Virus record (IMG/VR): IMGVR_UViG_3300005330_000014
Location: 64,001-128,000 of that record
From: a virus
Lineage: Duplodnaviria > Caudoviricetes
Reading direction: 5' to 3' (one strand)
DNA: 64,000 nt
Under the pieces are notes generated by a model that saw nothing but the letters and a program-made list of their open reading frames with translations, was not told the DNA's origin and did not search any database. Position 1 is the stretch's first letter. Each line of letters opens with the position of its first letter. Positions 36,120 through 45,955 of this stretch are shown here, in pieces. The translations under genes and the position numbers were made by a program.

Positions 36120-36506
36120 TTAAAGTAACACTCCTTGTTTAATTTTCGGCTTCAAGGTAAACATATCGGTTAATGGATGATTGTGAGCTTTTGGTTCTCT
36201 GGAGTATCCGCAATAACTTATTTTAAATTCTTCCAGCACCGACTTAATTTCTTCTACTTGTGCAGGCGTGGCATTAAAACTATGACCTATAGATTGGTTA
36301 CTACTCCCTATTATATAAATAACCCGTGAAAGCTTATCGACTTCCACGGTGCAAGATCGCCAAATTTGCCAACCTTTAGTTGTAGCACATACGCACCCAT
36401 GAGGAATACGATCATCTTGTTTACAAATTTCTAATCTGTATCTCGTATCTCCAACCACAGGAAATATTTTATATTCAAAAACAAATTTAGACATTTGGTT
36501 GTTCAA
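36120..36506 (-). CDS. hypothetical protein with C-terminal HNHPLTDMF tag
   Basis: ORF track; motif at 36159-36185. Confidence 0.75.
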   Translation of the reverse strand: MNNQMSKFVFEYKIFPVVGDTRYRLEICKQDDRIPHGCVCATTKGWQIWRSCTVEVDKLSRVIYIIGSSNQSIGHSFNATPAQVEEIKSVLEEFKISYCGYSREPKAHNHPLTDMFTLKPKIKQGVLL

Positions 36507-36521
36507 TCAATTAACTAATGA

Positions 36522-36782
36522 CTAATCATTGTACTCAACTAATTCTCTATCAAATCGGCAAGGATCAGTAGCTAATTCTAATTCTTTAAACCAATTATCA
36601 TTACTAGAATCAGTTAATAATAAATGATCGTTTTGTTCCGGGCGGGAGGCGTAAATAGGATAAGCGCGGGCGGATATATTGCCACAAGGTAATTTAATAA
36701 CACTTAAATTGAATTCCGCGCGGTCGCCACGCATCCGAACGCGACGCGGCTTTTTAAGCAAGAAATCTAGAGTTAAATTCAT
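36522..36782 (-). CDS. hypothetical protein
   Basis: ORF track; co-oriented. Confidence 0.7.
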   Translation of the reverse strand: MNLTLDFLLKKPRRVRMRGDRAEFNLSVIKLPCGNISARAYPIYASRPEQNDHLLLTDSSNDNWFKELELATDPCRFDRELVEYND

Positions 36783-36916
36783 TTATTTTTATTCTTTTTC
36801 TTTAATTCTTTCCACTTCAAATACCAAGCTAATTGCCCGGTTAAGCAGTACATTAATGCGTAAAATAGTTTCATAAATAATTAGTGTATTTCAATTTAAA
36901 TATAATTTAGTTTTGT

Positions 36917-37936
36917 TCAAGAATAACTGGCACTTGCGCCGCCGCCGCCGAAACTTCCGCCGCCAGCTTCGATACTAGAGCCGCCGCCGGGGATATTAAA
37001 AGAACTGTTATCATCATTATCTCTGCTCGATCCGCCTAAATTAAACGGAATAGGAACAGGAATATAAGTAGTACTGGTGCTATCGCGGTTGTCATCATCT
37101 TGACGACGCCGACGATTATCACGATATCTATCATTATTATTAACTTTCTTTCTCATTGGAATCGGCACAGGAACAGGCGCGATAACTGGACGACGAGATT
37201 TAGCAATTTTTTGAGTTACTCTAGTCACTGATTTTCTAGATGGACGAATAGAACTGAGAGGGAGAGAATCGGGGCGCGACGGCACAAAAACAGGCACTCC
37301 CTCATACACCCTAGACTCTTTAATTTCTTCTTTCTTTTTAAATACTATTCGATAAGCCAAATAACCAAAAACCCCCAAACAAATCACTACTAAAAATATA
37401 CCTAATGGGTTGCCAGCGTCTTCCGTTTTATTGATTTTAATAACATCCGCCCGAACTAACTGTTTATTGATTTCTGAAATTCCAGATTCCAATCCGGCGG
37501 CATACTGCTTCTGAGCAAATTTCGGAATAATTTGATTATTGAGAATTTGTTTTAATCGAATATCTGGCAAAACAGCTTCGTTTCCGTAACCCGTTTCAAA
37601 CCGTAACTTTTTGACATCAGGAAACCAAAATAAAACTAATCCATTACTCGTTTGTTTTTGTCCGATTTTCCATGCATTGGCAATTCGATTAGTATAATCT
37701 TCCAAAGATGATTCTGTATCGTATTTTAGAATACTAATAACAAATTGAGGATGATTCGGGGCACTTTTTTCAAGATTAGCTAATTCTTCGTTCATTAGCG
37801 CGGCATCGTTCTGAGAAATAATACCTACCCGATCATCAAAATATTTAGTAGGCGCGGGCGGAATTGTTTCGCTGAATGCGTTAAATGCTGAACCAGCCAA
37901 AGCTAGCGCGCCGATAATAAGGGTGAATGTTTTCAT
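36917..37936 (-). CDS. TPM-domain membrane protein
   Basis: Signal peptide; YFDD.VGII...W.IGQK...NGLVL...RFETGYG.E..LPD; TM segment; GGGSFGGGGAS tail. Confidence 0.9.
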   Translation of the reverse strand: MKTFTLIIGALALAGSAFNAFSETIPPAPTKYFDDRVGIISQNDAALMNEELANLEKSAPNHPQFVISILKYDTESSLEDYTNRIANAWKIGQKQTSNGLVLFWFPDVKKLRFETGYGNEAVLPDIRLKQILNNQIIPKFAQKQYAAGLESGISEINKQLVRADVIKINKTEDAGNPLGIFLVVICLGVFGYLAYRIVFKKKEEIKESRVYEGVPVFVPSRPDSLPLSSIRPSRKSVTRVTQKIAKSRRPVIAPVPVPIPMRKKVNNNDRYRDNRRRRQDDDNRDSTSTTYIPVPIPFNLGGSSRDNDDNSSFNIPGGGSSIEAGGGSFGGGGASASYS

Positions 37937-37953
37937 ATTTATTATTGAGTTAT

Positions 37954-38136
37954 TTATTCATTGACAATTTTATCTAGTTGTTTTATTAATTCGAGCGCGT
38001 TAGAGTTGCACGTATTAGCATATGCTACCGAGTCCGCGTTTCTCGCTTCATCTTGTAAATGTTGAATTTGGCTTTTGATTATTTCCAATTGTGTTAATTT
38101 TAAAGCCGCACGGTTTATATCTAATGGTTCTGACAT
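37954..38136 (-). CDS. hypothetical protein
   Basis: ORF track; co-oriented. Confidence 0.6.
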   Translation of the reverse strand: MSEPLDINRAALKLTQLEIIKSQIQHLQDEARNADSVAYANTCNSNALELIKQLDKIVNE

Positions 38137-38155
38137 ATTATTACTTGGTTGTTGG

Positions 38156-39121
38156 TTATTTAACTACTTCTCTTGCTTCAAAATATTTATCGACATAATC
38201 AGTTTGCGGGGCTAAGAAAAATCCGTTTTCATCTCTTTTAGTTATTTTCGACATAACCGGAGAGAAATCTTGGATTCTTTTTAAATATTGTCTTTTATTA
38301 ATGTCGCCGTGCCAAAGATGATATAAATCTCCCTTTACATAGCCAATTTTTCCTTGAACTAAGTAATAAAATGCTTCTGACCATTCATTAATATAATCTA
38401 AGTTATCAGTAAATGCTTTAGTTACGCAAGGATGGGGAATTTGCCCAGCGGATGCGTGCGCGATTACGTGGTCCGCTCCACCTATTAACGCTCTATCATA
38501 AAGCGGAACACATTCTAAAATTTCGCGATGGGATGCCCAAGCAAATCCAACGTGCCCATGAATATCATAGTTTAAACTAATATGGTCGTTTCGAGATTGG
38601 TTATAGGTTGCACAAAAGCTTCTCCAGATTTTAGTCCCAATTCGTGGTTTGTCAACAACTGTTTTTGCCAAATTAACATCGAAATTTGGTTTAATTTCAT
38701 CTTGTTCCAAATGGATGCAAAACTCAAAAGGCTGAATAATGTTATTAACTTGTAACTGTTTAACTCCATCGGTCAGCCAATTCTTATTAGTAAATAAAAC
38801 GTCAGCATCCACCCAAAAGACGTATTTAAATTCGGGCGGCAAATCTTTAATTATTTTATTTAATAGTGTTTCTTTATGCCAAAGTAATCCTTCGGTGTAG
38901 ACAATCGTAATGTTTGGATCGTTATACTTACTTAATTGTGATTGCCCCGGCCCAATAACCAATTCAATAATTCTATGGTTAAGATGTTTAATACTTTGAT
39001 ACCATTTATCGAATACTTTGCGGCGATACTCTGAATTTTTTGGATTAAAGAAACAGCTAATAATAACAGCTTCTTTGTGAGACTGATATCGACCGAGAGC
39101 AGTATTAATCACATTTCGCAT
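38156..39121 (-). CDS. GT-A fold glycosyltransferase
   Basis: WHKE.LLN...YVFWVDAD (DxD)...GFAWA...IGGAD...HLWHG. Confidence 0.75.
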   Translation of the reverse strand: MRNVINTALGRYQSHKEAVIISCFFNPKNSEYRRKVFDKWYQSIKHLNHRIIELVIGPGQSQLSKYNDPNITIVYTEGLLWHKETLLNKIIKDLPPEFKYVFWVDADVLFTNKNWLTDGVKQLQVNNIIQPFEFCIHLEQDEIKPNFDVNLAKTVVDKPRIGTKIWRSFCATYNQSRNDHISLNYDIHGHVGFAWASHREILECVPLYDRALIGGADHVIAHASAGQIPHPCVTKAFTDNLDYINEWSEAFYYLVQGKIGYVKGDLYHLWHGDINKRQYLKRIQDFSPVMSKITKRDENGFFLAPQTDYVDKYFEAREVVK

Positions 39122-39216
39122 ATCTATTGATTATATAACCAAGATAATTCAAACAGTTATAAACTTTGGTATTTCTTTTAAATCTATTACGAAACAAAAG
39201 AATGTTTATACTTAAT

Positions 39217-39828
39217 TTAGTCAAATTTAACCACTGGCGCGGATTGGGCGGATTCATCGGCTTTAAAGAACGGTTTAGATTTAAAATTAAAGAATCCGGC
39301 GATTAAACTATTTGGAAATCCTACAATTACTTGATTGTATTTTTTAACTACTCCATTGTAATTGCGCCGCTCAACACTAATTCTATTTTCAGTTCCCTCT
39401 AATTCAATAGTTAAATTAGCATATTGCTGGGTGGCTTTTAGAGCAGGATAATTCTCAGTCACCATCATTAATCTACTAAGTGCTTGACTAATATTACCTT
39501 GTGCTTTTTCAAAGGACTGCAATTGTTCAGCGCTTTCGGGCGCTTTATTTTGTTGAATAGTTACTTGCCCAACGCTTGCTCTAGCCTTGGCAATATTAGT
39601 TAAAGTATCGCCTTCAAACTTGGCCGCGCCTTTAACAGTATTAACAAAATTAGGAATTAGATCATTACGTCGTTGATAGGTTGATTGCAAATTTCCCCAT
39701 TGTGCATCTACATTCACCGCTTCTTTATTAATTGTATTATATACTCCAAGTCCCCAGCTACCAATTCCGAATACGACGAACATGAGCAGGGCAACAAAGC
39801 CGCCGAAAATAAGTAATGCGAATTTCAT
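39217..39828 (-). CDS. lemA: LemA family protein
   Basis: YN......V...W......YQRR.DLIPN.V.TVKG...E...ENRI.VERR.YN. Confidence 0.93.
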   Translation of the reverse strand: MKFALLIFGGFVALLMFVVFGIGSWGLGVYNTINKEAVNVDAQWGNLQSTYQRRNDLIPNFVNTVKGAAKFEGDTLTNIAKARASVGQVTIQQNKAPESAEQLQSFEKAQGNISQALSRLMMVTENYPALKATQQYANLTIELEGTENRISVERRNYNGVVKKYNQVIVGFPNSLIAGFFNFKSKPFFKADESAQSAPVVKFD

Positions 39829-39885
39829 AATATGTATATGTTGTATTAGATTTAAGACTAGATCGTTAATTTAGCAAATTTCAAA

Positions 39886-40449
39886 TTACTTCTTAATTAA
39901 TTCGGATATTTTTTCAACAATAACAACCCGGGGCGCAACAAGTGCTTTAACGCCCAATTCAATACGAGGAAGAGTAAATTGAAAAAGGACTGGCCCGCAC
40001 ATTGCAAAAGTCATAATTGCCCCTATAATAACGCCGAAAGTATTAACATGCATATCAGTCCAAGCTTTTTCCTTAAGCTTATTTTCTGCCTGAATATTAT
40101 GAAGTAGTACATAAAGGCTAATAATAGCTAGAGTTAATCCAAAAATGCCCATTAATAGATTATCTACAATTTGCCATCTAATATAATCAGCAATAAATAA
40201 AGGAGTTTGTTCGCCTACCGTTTGCCCGGCTTTATTAAGCAGAGGCCCAACTGTTTTGCCGGTTTCGGATGCCGTGGCTTTTACCCAATTAGTTAAATCA
40301 ATAGCATTTTGCTTAAAGATTTCATCGACGGGAGATTTACTAGTTACTTCTGTGGTTGGAGTAGGTGTAGCCGCCGGGCCATCCGCGAAAGCAGAGATGG
40401 ACAGAGTGAGTGACAGAATTAAGATGGATGTTAGTTTATTTGTTTTCAT
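39886..40449 (-). CDS. membrane protein
   Basis: Signal peptide plus two TM segments. Confidence 0.75.
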   Translation of the reverse strand: MKTNKLTSILILSLTLSISAFADGPAATPTPTTEVTSKSPVDEIFKQNAIDLTNWVKATASETGKTVGPLLNKAGQTVGEQTPLFIADYIRWQIVDNLLMGIFGLTLAIISLYVLLHNIQAENKLKEKAWTDMHVNTFGVIIGAIMTFAMCGPVLFQFTLPRIELGVKALVAPRVVIVEKISELIKK

Positions 40450-40519
40450 ACTGATTACTTAATTACTTAGTTTTAGTTATTTGGTTTTTCTAGTTAGTTT
40501 AGTTTATTTCCTGAGATGA

Positions 40520-40746
40520 TTAAAATAGAAAAGCCTTAGCTTCTCGCGCGGCTTCCCGAAAAGGTTTGTGCAACCATTGAAGAAATGGTGAACGAGTGTC
40601 CTTTTCAATTGGATAGCTTGCGCCGATAATCTTAGGAATTACTTGCATAGTTTTTGATCGATACATTCTGGGCCATAAAACCATTCCGCCCCGTAATCAA
40701 CTACCAATTTAATTGTTTTTTTTACCTAATGTGATTAGTTTTTCAT
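40520..40746 (-). pseudogene. about 75-codon gene broken at three poly-A runs
   Basis: Correcting A5, A8 and A5 runs restores MKKLITLGKKTIKLVVDYGAEWFYGPECIDQKTMQVIPKII... Confidence 0.5.
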
Positions 40747-40841
40747 TTTGTTACTTAATGTTAGTTTTGGTTGTTTAGTTGGTTTCTTGATTATATACTG
40801 ATTGTCGGTGAATCTTCTATTACTATGCCAATTCATTAGTT

Positions 40842-41144
40842 TTATAATAGCTTAACTTTTTTACTTTTAGTTGCAACTACTTTCACTTTATTGGCATTGG
40901 CCTTGTGGGTTTGCACAGCTTTCGCGCGCCCGACTTCCGCATTAATTACTTGATTAATTTTAGCTAAATCTGGCAATTTATTCATAATAAAAGAAGCAAC
41001 TTGTTCGGTCGTCCATTGGCCCGGCCCATTCGCGCGCAAATCTTTTAGAATAGTTACTTTACCTTCTTCCTGCACGGCTTCAAGTCGGCTGGCAAAGAGT
41101 TTTCCTGTACTGATTTTATATCCATTAGTTCGTTGAATTTGCAT
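40842..41144 (-). CDS. hypothetical basic protein
   Basis: ORF track; co-oriented. Confidence 0.75.
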   Translation of the reverse strand: MQIQRTNGYKISTGKLFASRLEAVQEEGKVTILKDLRANGPGQWTTEQVASFIMNKLPDLAKINQVINAEVGRAKAVQTHKANANKVKVVATKSKKVKLL

Positions 41145-41187
41145 AGTTTAGTGTATTATTTATTAATTGTTTCTTTCGTTTTTTTAG

Positions 41188-41496
41188 TTAATATTCTTCT
41201 TTTTCGTTCACCCATTTAAAATCCCAAGTATTTATTAAGAAAATGGTAGAGCATTTCTCGCATTTAAGTTTCATCGCAGTGGGACGGATAGAAATAGAAC
41301 AATTGCCGCGCGGCGGCTCCCATTCCCCGTTAGGCACTTTTTCAATTACTAGATGCGCCCCGCCAATATGTTTATTTTGCTTACAACGCCAAATTTTAAT
41401 TAATTTAGGTAAATTTTTAAACCAAAGTAATGATCCAACATACCAAAGACGTAAATTTAGTTCTAGTAACTTTGTTTCAAGTTTAAATTTATTCAT
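41188..41496 (-). CDS. hypothetical protein
   Basis: ORF track; co-oriented. Confidence 0.7.
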   Translation of the reverse strand: MNKFKLETKLLELNLRLWYVGSLLWFKNLPKLIKIWRCKQNKHIGGAHLVIEKVPNGEWEPPRGNCSISIRPTAMKLKCEKCSTIFLINTWDFKWVNEKEEY

Positions 41497-41501
41497 AACT
41501 T

Positions 41502-41837
41502 TTATGGTCTATGATATTTTAACAGGTCAGACAAACTTTTGCCATCACGATATACTGATTTTTCTAATCCGTCTTCATCAAAATAAGTAACTGAAAAACC
41601 ATCAATATCATGAAAAAAACCAGAAAGTGAGCAACGCGGCCACTCGTCACCAAAAAATAATCCACAAGTTTCCTCAACATTATCTAATGCATCTAATAAA
41701 CGCTCCAAGTCTTCTGGAGTATTGACTAGAGTAGTTATATAATCATACGCATCGCCGTCACCTAACATTGTATGAACATATACTTTATATTTGCTTTTAG
41801 GGGTATCAGTTGTGAGCGGTTGTCCAATAGTAATCAT
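41502..41837 (-). CDS. hypothetical protein
   Basis: ORF track; co-oriented. Confidence 0.75.
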   Translation of the reverse strand: MITIGQPLTTDTPKSKYKVYVHTMLGDGDAYDYITTLVNTPEDLERLLDALDNVEETCGLFFGDEWPRCSLSGFFHDIDGFSVTYFDEDGLEKSVYRDGKSLSDLLKYHRP

Positions 41838-41915
41838 ATGATTGTGAATGTTTTTATAAACTTTAGAATCTTAAGAATTTTGAGAAATTTGAGAAATGCG
41901 GCATTCGAGTTTACC

Positions 41916-41943
41916 AGTCTAGCACTATTTGATTTGGTGTCAA
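41916..41943 (-). promoter_or_regulatory. sigma70-like promoter
   Basis: AAAATAAATC-TTGACA-N16-TAGACT with extended TG. Confidence 0.8.
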
Positions 41944-41979
41944 GATTTATTTTCGATTAATTTTCATCCCTTTTTAGAC

Positions 41980-43482
41980 TTATTTTAGATAAGTTTCAGC
42001 TTGATTTTGACTTTCTAGGAGTGAGCGGATTTCAGAAAGTGTCCAATCTTTTAGTAATTGACTATTCAAAAAAGTAGGAATGAATTCACAATTTAATACT
42101 TCATCCCAACTTACCTGATCTTTTTGGTAATAAACTCCATCTTTATCTTTATAAACTGCAATTAGTCCTTTAGCAGACTTTTTAAGATTACCTTGATCTG
42201 TTTTTGGGTCTTTAAATATTTCTCTGCCTTCTCCGTTAACTTCGACATAAGTACTTTTTACCGCCCATCCGTCCGTATCTCGGCTAATACCATATACCAG
42301 ATAATAACTACCAATTCCGTACACAATATTTGTACTAGCAAATCCCTTCTTTTTTAATCCTTCACAAATTTTATTAAGAACGTCCCAATTAACGCCATCA
42401 CCAAGAATGGCACCGACTTTAGGATTTAATTCTTTGTATCCTTTAGCGTTAACAGTCCCGCCAAAAATTTCCCATAATCTTTCAATAGTTCCTTTATTTT
42501 CAACGCTACCTTCAGGAGCATCAGGATCACCAATAATAATTTTAACATTATCCCCGCTATCAGGACGAAAAACAGTTTTTCCATCACGGGCTAGAATTTT
42601 ATCTTTTAAAGTAATTGTAAATTCATTAATTACTCTCCAATAATCCCGGGTATCACTGACTATACTAACAATACCACGAGGATAAACGTCTTCAATTAGG
42701 CGACGGAACGCTTCGATTTCATTTTCGGGGCCGTAAGAAGCCATTACTGCGTGCTCACTTGCATTAACCGAACAAGATACTAATTCTTGATCCGAATTAG
42801 CATTATAATACTCTTCCATAAACTCAACGCCGGGCACCGTATCAGAGCCAACGAAGGAAGTGATAAATCCCGCGTCAATTAAAATTGCCGCTTCATGCCC
42901 AACACAACCACGATAAGAAAAGTTATGTCCTTGAAATTTAACGAAATCAGTATTTCCTACCGTTTCCATTGCGTATTTACTTAACAAGTCTTTAATTTGT
43001 TTTGCAGTGGTTGCGGCGGTAGATATAGGCCAAATATTGCAAGACATAATAGTTTCAACATATGCTTGAAGCCAGCCGAAATCTTTATGAGTAGTAAAAT
43101 ATATCAATGGAGCTACTTTATAAGGGACAAGGCTTCCCTCCGGTAAACAAAAGAATGCTAGCGGCAAATAACCTAAATCATGCAAGGCGGCAATATGCTC
43201 CACCCCTACATCATTCGGTCCAAGATAGTTATTAATACGACGAGTGAATCTCTGAACTACTTCTTCTTTAGGTTTTTGGAAGAAATTTTCATTCCATTGT
43301 TTAATTAAAAATTCTTTGAAGAAATATTGTGCTCCCACCCAGACGACGCCACTTTTAGGCGTAATTTGTCGATAAGATTTGCGCGGCGTCATGTTACCGA
43401 AAGCCAATGTCATCCCCGGTATAAATTGCCGTCTATGACCAATTTTATAAGCGTCGATTGTAGTTTCTGGTGTTATTTTCAT
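41980..43482 (-). CDS. nadV: nicotinamide phosphoribosyltransferase-like protein (Nampt/Namat)
   Basis: DAYKIGH, HNFSYRG, GSDT, ASEH, SIVSDT, RPDSGD, ILGDG, GIGSY, KKSAKG; start placed at MKITPE. Confidence 0.92.
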   Translation of the reverse strand: MKITPETTIDAYKIGHRRQFIPGMTLAFGNMTPRKSYRQITPKSGVVWVGAQYFFKEFLIKQWNENFFQKPKEEVVQRFTRRINNYLGPNDVGVEHIAALHDLGYLPLAFFCLPEGSLVPYKVAPLIYFTTHKDFGWLQAYVETIMSCNIWPISTAATTAKQIKDLLSKYAMETVGNTDFVKFQGHNFSYRGCVGHEAAILIDAGFITSFVGSDTVPGVEFMEEYYNANSDQELVSCSVNASEHAVMASYGPENEIEAFRRLIEDVYPRGIVSIVSDTRDYWRVINEFTITLKDKILARDGKTVFRPDSGDNVKIIIGDPDAPEGSVENKGTIERLWEIFGGTVNAKGYKELNPKVGAILGDGVNWDVLNKICEGLKKKGFASTNIVYGIGSYYLVYGISRDTDGWAVKSTYVEVNGEGREIFKDPKTDQGNLKKSAKGLIAVYKDKDGVYYQKDQVSWDEVLNCEFIPTFLNSQLLKDWTLSEIRSLLESQNQAETYLK

Positions 43483-43565
43483 ATTATTATTTATTTTGTT
43501 ATTTGTTGATGTTTTGAAAATGTGCCGCGCCAAAAGTAAACGTGAGAATTGGTGATTTTCATAAT

Positions 43566-44468
43566 TTAAATCTTTTCTCCGATAACCTGTTGGATTGTAG
43601 TATCCAAACTAAAAGTAATATTTTTCATTAATTTAGGCGCGCGGAGTTCTGTTTGAATCAATACATCATTTTTGCGCGGATACTCTGGATGAATTGCTAC
43701 ATGAATATTTTTCTCCCCTTTATTACATTGTTCTAATAACGTTCCATATTCAAGTAGGGTAATTGGGGCAACGGTTTCGTGGCTAAAATAAAATAGTATA
43801 TTCTCGCACAGTTCTAAGTGCTTATATTCCCACGCAATTTGTTCTCTTTCTACGTTTGGATCAGTAACATCAAAATTAGCCCGACGAGGGTTGGCTATAT
43901 TAAAAAATGGAAGTAATTTAGTTGCCGCTTCTGTTTGCCAATTATGCGCTCCACTAATTGAACCAGCAAGAAATAACCATTCATTATGAGGAAAAAATCC
44001 ATATCCATAAAAACACTCTGGAGCTTCTAGATAAATATGATTATTCCGTTCCCCCTTGATCAAAGTAATTGCTTCTTTTAAAATTTCATAACTTTCTGAT
44101 AACCCACTCTTATCGTCCAAAAGAAGATTATAGTAAAGTTTAGCCCCCGGGCCATAGTCAATTCCGGGGATATTTTCATTGATATATTCAACTTTAATAC
44201 CTACCAATTGAAAGAATGCATAAATGAAACGATATCTTTCAATCCGCGAGCAAGTATAAGGAATAACATAAAATCCTAATTCGTTGCATTCTCTTAAAAT
44301 GTCTAAAATCTTATTATGGGTAGTTCCGCAACCCTCTGGGTATTCGCTAACTGTGCAGTCGAAATCCACGGCTATAATCAATTTCTTATGTTTTTTATAA
44401 GTCTCAAATAATTTGTTGACGCAATTAGCACGGTCGAAATAAGGATCGGATTGAGTAGTCAGTTTCAT
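43566..44468 (-). CDS. HAD phosphatase fused to a nucleoside 2-deoxyribosyltransferase-like domain
   Basis: IAVDFDCTV...LLDDK; then FLAGSI...NWQ...NPRR...QIAWE...ITLLEYG. Confidence 0.8.
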   Translation of the reverse strand: MKLTTQSDPYFDRANCVNKLFETYKKHKKLIIAVDFDCTVSEYPEGCGTTHNKILDILRECNELGFYVIPYTCSRIERYRFIYAFFQLVGIKVEYINENIPGIDYGPGAKLYYNLLLDDKSGLSESYEILKEAITLIKGERNNHIYLEAPECFYGYGFFPHNEWLFLAGSISGAHNWQTEAATKLLPFFNIANPRRANFDVTDPNVEREQIAWEYKHLELCENILFYFSHETVAPITLLEYGTLLEQCNKGEKNIHVAIHPEYPRKNDVLIQTELRAPKLMKNITFSLDTTIQQVIGEKI

Positions 44469-44476
44469 GAATTAGT

Positions 44477-44905
44477 TTATTTAAAATCTTTCAATCGGGC
44501 AGCGGCTTCTTCTTCTGTTTTAAATCCGGTAAAATTTATAACTCTGTCGCTCAATCCAAAGCTTACTTCTAGAACATACTCTTGGGCTTGCGGGTTATAA
44601 AACATTTGGTTATTATATTTTTTAGCTAATTCGGCATTGAATTTTTTAAACTCTTTTTCTCGCGGATTAGGTTTTAGTTGTTTAAACTGAAAGAAATAGC
44701 CGTTTTTATTTTTACCAGATTTCACGCCATAAGAAGCCTGAGTTAATAACTTTTTACTGTAGGGATTTAAATCATCTAAATATATCAAAATTTCAGGGAG
44801 AAATCTAAGTAAACTTAACGAGTCAATTTGTTCATCACCAAACTTCATTGATTTGGCTATGGAACGTAAAATTTCTTCGCGGGTATAAGTTTTTTTCTTT
44901 GTCAT
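44477..44905 (-). CDS. hypothetical protein
   Basis: ORF track; inside the NAD module. Confidence 0.75.
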   Translation of the reverse strand: MTKKKTYTREEILRSIAKSMKFGDEQIDSLSLLRFLPEILIYLDDLNPYSKKLLTQASYGVKSGKNKNGYFFQFKQLKPNPREKEFKKFNAELAKKYNNQMFYNPQAQEYVLEVSFGLSDRVINFTGFKTEEEAAARLKDFK

Positions 44906-44909
44906 AAAA

Positions 44910-45797
44910 TCAAGCCACTTTAATCACATGAATTTTGTCTTGCGGGTAAGGATAAGGTAATTCTTGGAATGAATTAGTAGTATAAACTTCATCAATTACT
45001 TCAAGTATATCTTTATAACCCTTGGAAAAAATCCCGTGGGTAACATACAAAATAATCCGCCCGGCGTTCTTTTTCTTTAATACTTTTGCTAGTTCGATAA
45101 ACGTCCTAGCCCCGTCAGCAATGTCGTCGAGAATTACAACTGTTTGATAATTCAAATCATCTACATAAACAATTGTTTCAATAATTTTACCCGTTTGTAA
45201 TTCTCTTAACTTATCCGCGCGGATAAAGTGATCATGCCCAAAATGCGCGGCAATATCATGGATTTTTTTATTAGCTCCAACATCAGGAGAAATTAAAAGA
45301 CACTGTTTATTAAGTAAAAGCTTATAAAGTTCGTTTTCACGGTCATAAATTAGATTTTTAAGAATATCCAACCGTTTTACTTCCTTAAGATTATTAATTA
45401 CTGCATTAGTAACTTCCGAGTGGCAATCAAAAGTAGTAACGGACTCAAAGTTTAGAAAGTTTAAGTAATCAGCGAATACTTTTAAACTAAGACTTTCCCC
45501 CGGATTATGAGCTTTATCCTGCCGCCCATAAGGAATATAAGGTAAAATAAGATGAATGGGGACTTTTTTAACTCTTAAAATTGCATCGCGCATTAAAGCC
45601 AATGTAAATAAATCATTAGAATTTTGAATCCGCGCGGTTATATAAACTCCATCACGCCAAAAATAAGTACTTTTAATTGATTCTTCGTTTAATTGAATAC
45701 CAATTTCGCCGCCGGGGAATAACCATTGTTTAAAACCTAACTCTAGTCTTCCATTGTTAGTAGTAATTTTCATATTATTAATTATTTTCTTTATCAA
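44910..45797 (-). CDS. prs: ribose-phosphate pyrophosphokinase-like protein (Prs/Adps)
   Basis: FPGGE, PYIPYGRQDK, DCHS, SPDVGA, VVILDDIADGARTF, VTHGIFSKG. Confidence 0.9.
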   Translation of the reverse strand: MIKKIINNMKITTNNGRLELGFKQWLFPGGEIGIQLNEESIKSTYFWRDGVYITARIQNSNDLFTLALMRDAILRVKKVPIHLILPYIPYGRQDKAHNPGESLSLKVFADYLNFLNFESVTTFDCHSEVTNAVINNLKEVKRLDILKNLIYDRENELYKLLLNKQCLLISPDVGANKKIHDIAAHFGHDHFIRADKLRELQTGKIIETIVYVDDLNYQTVVILDDIADGARTFIELAKVLKKKNAGRIILYVTHGIFSKGYKDILEVIDEVYTTNSFQELPYPYPQDKIHVIKVA

Positions 45798-45955
45798 TTA
45801 ACTTTTCAATTATATCCTGCTTTTTATTAGGAATAACTCTATTGGGCGGGATTTTTTGTCCACGCCCTTTGACCCGGCGGATACGTTTAATTGTATCTTT
45901 TCTTTTTTGTTTATCCGCGCGGTTCATTTATTAGCAATATTTTTGAGCATTTAAA

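Noticed and set aside
41980-45797. NARP2 pathway
   Set aside because: No NMN adenylyltransferase (HxGH) gene seen in the window.
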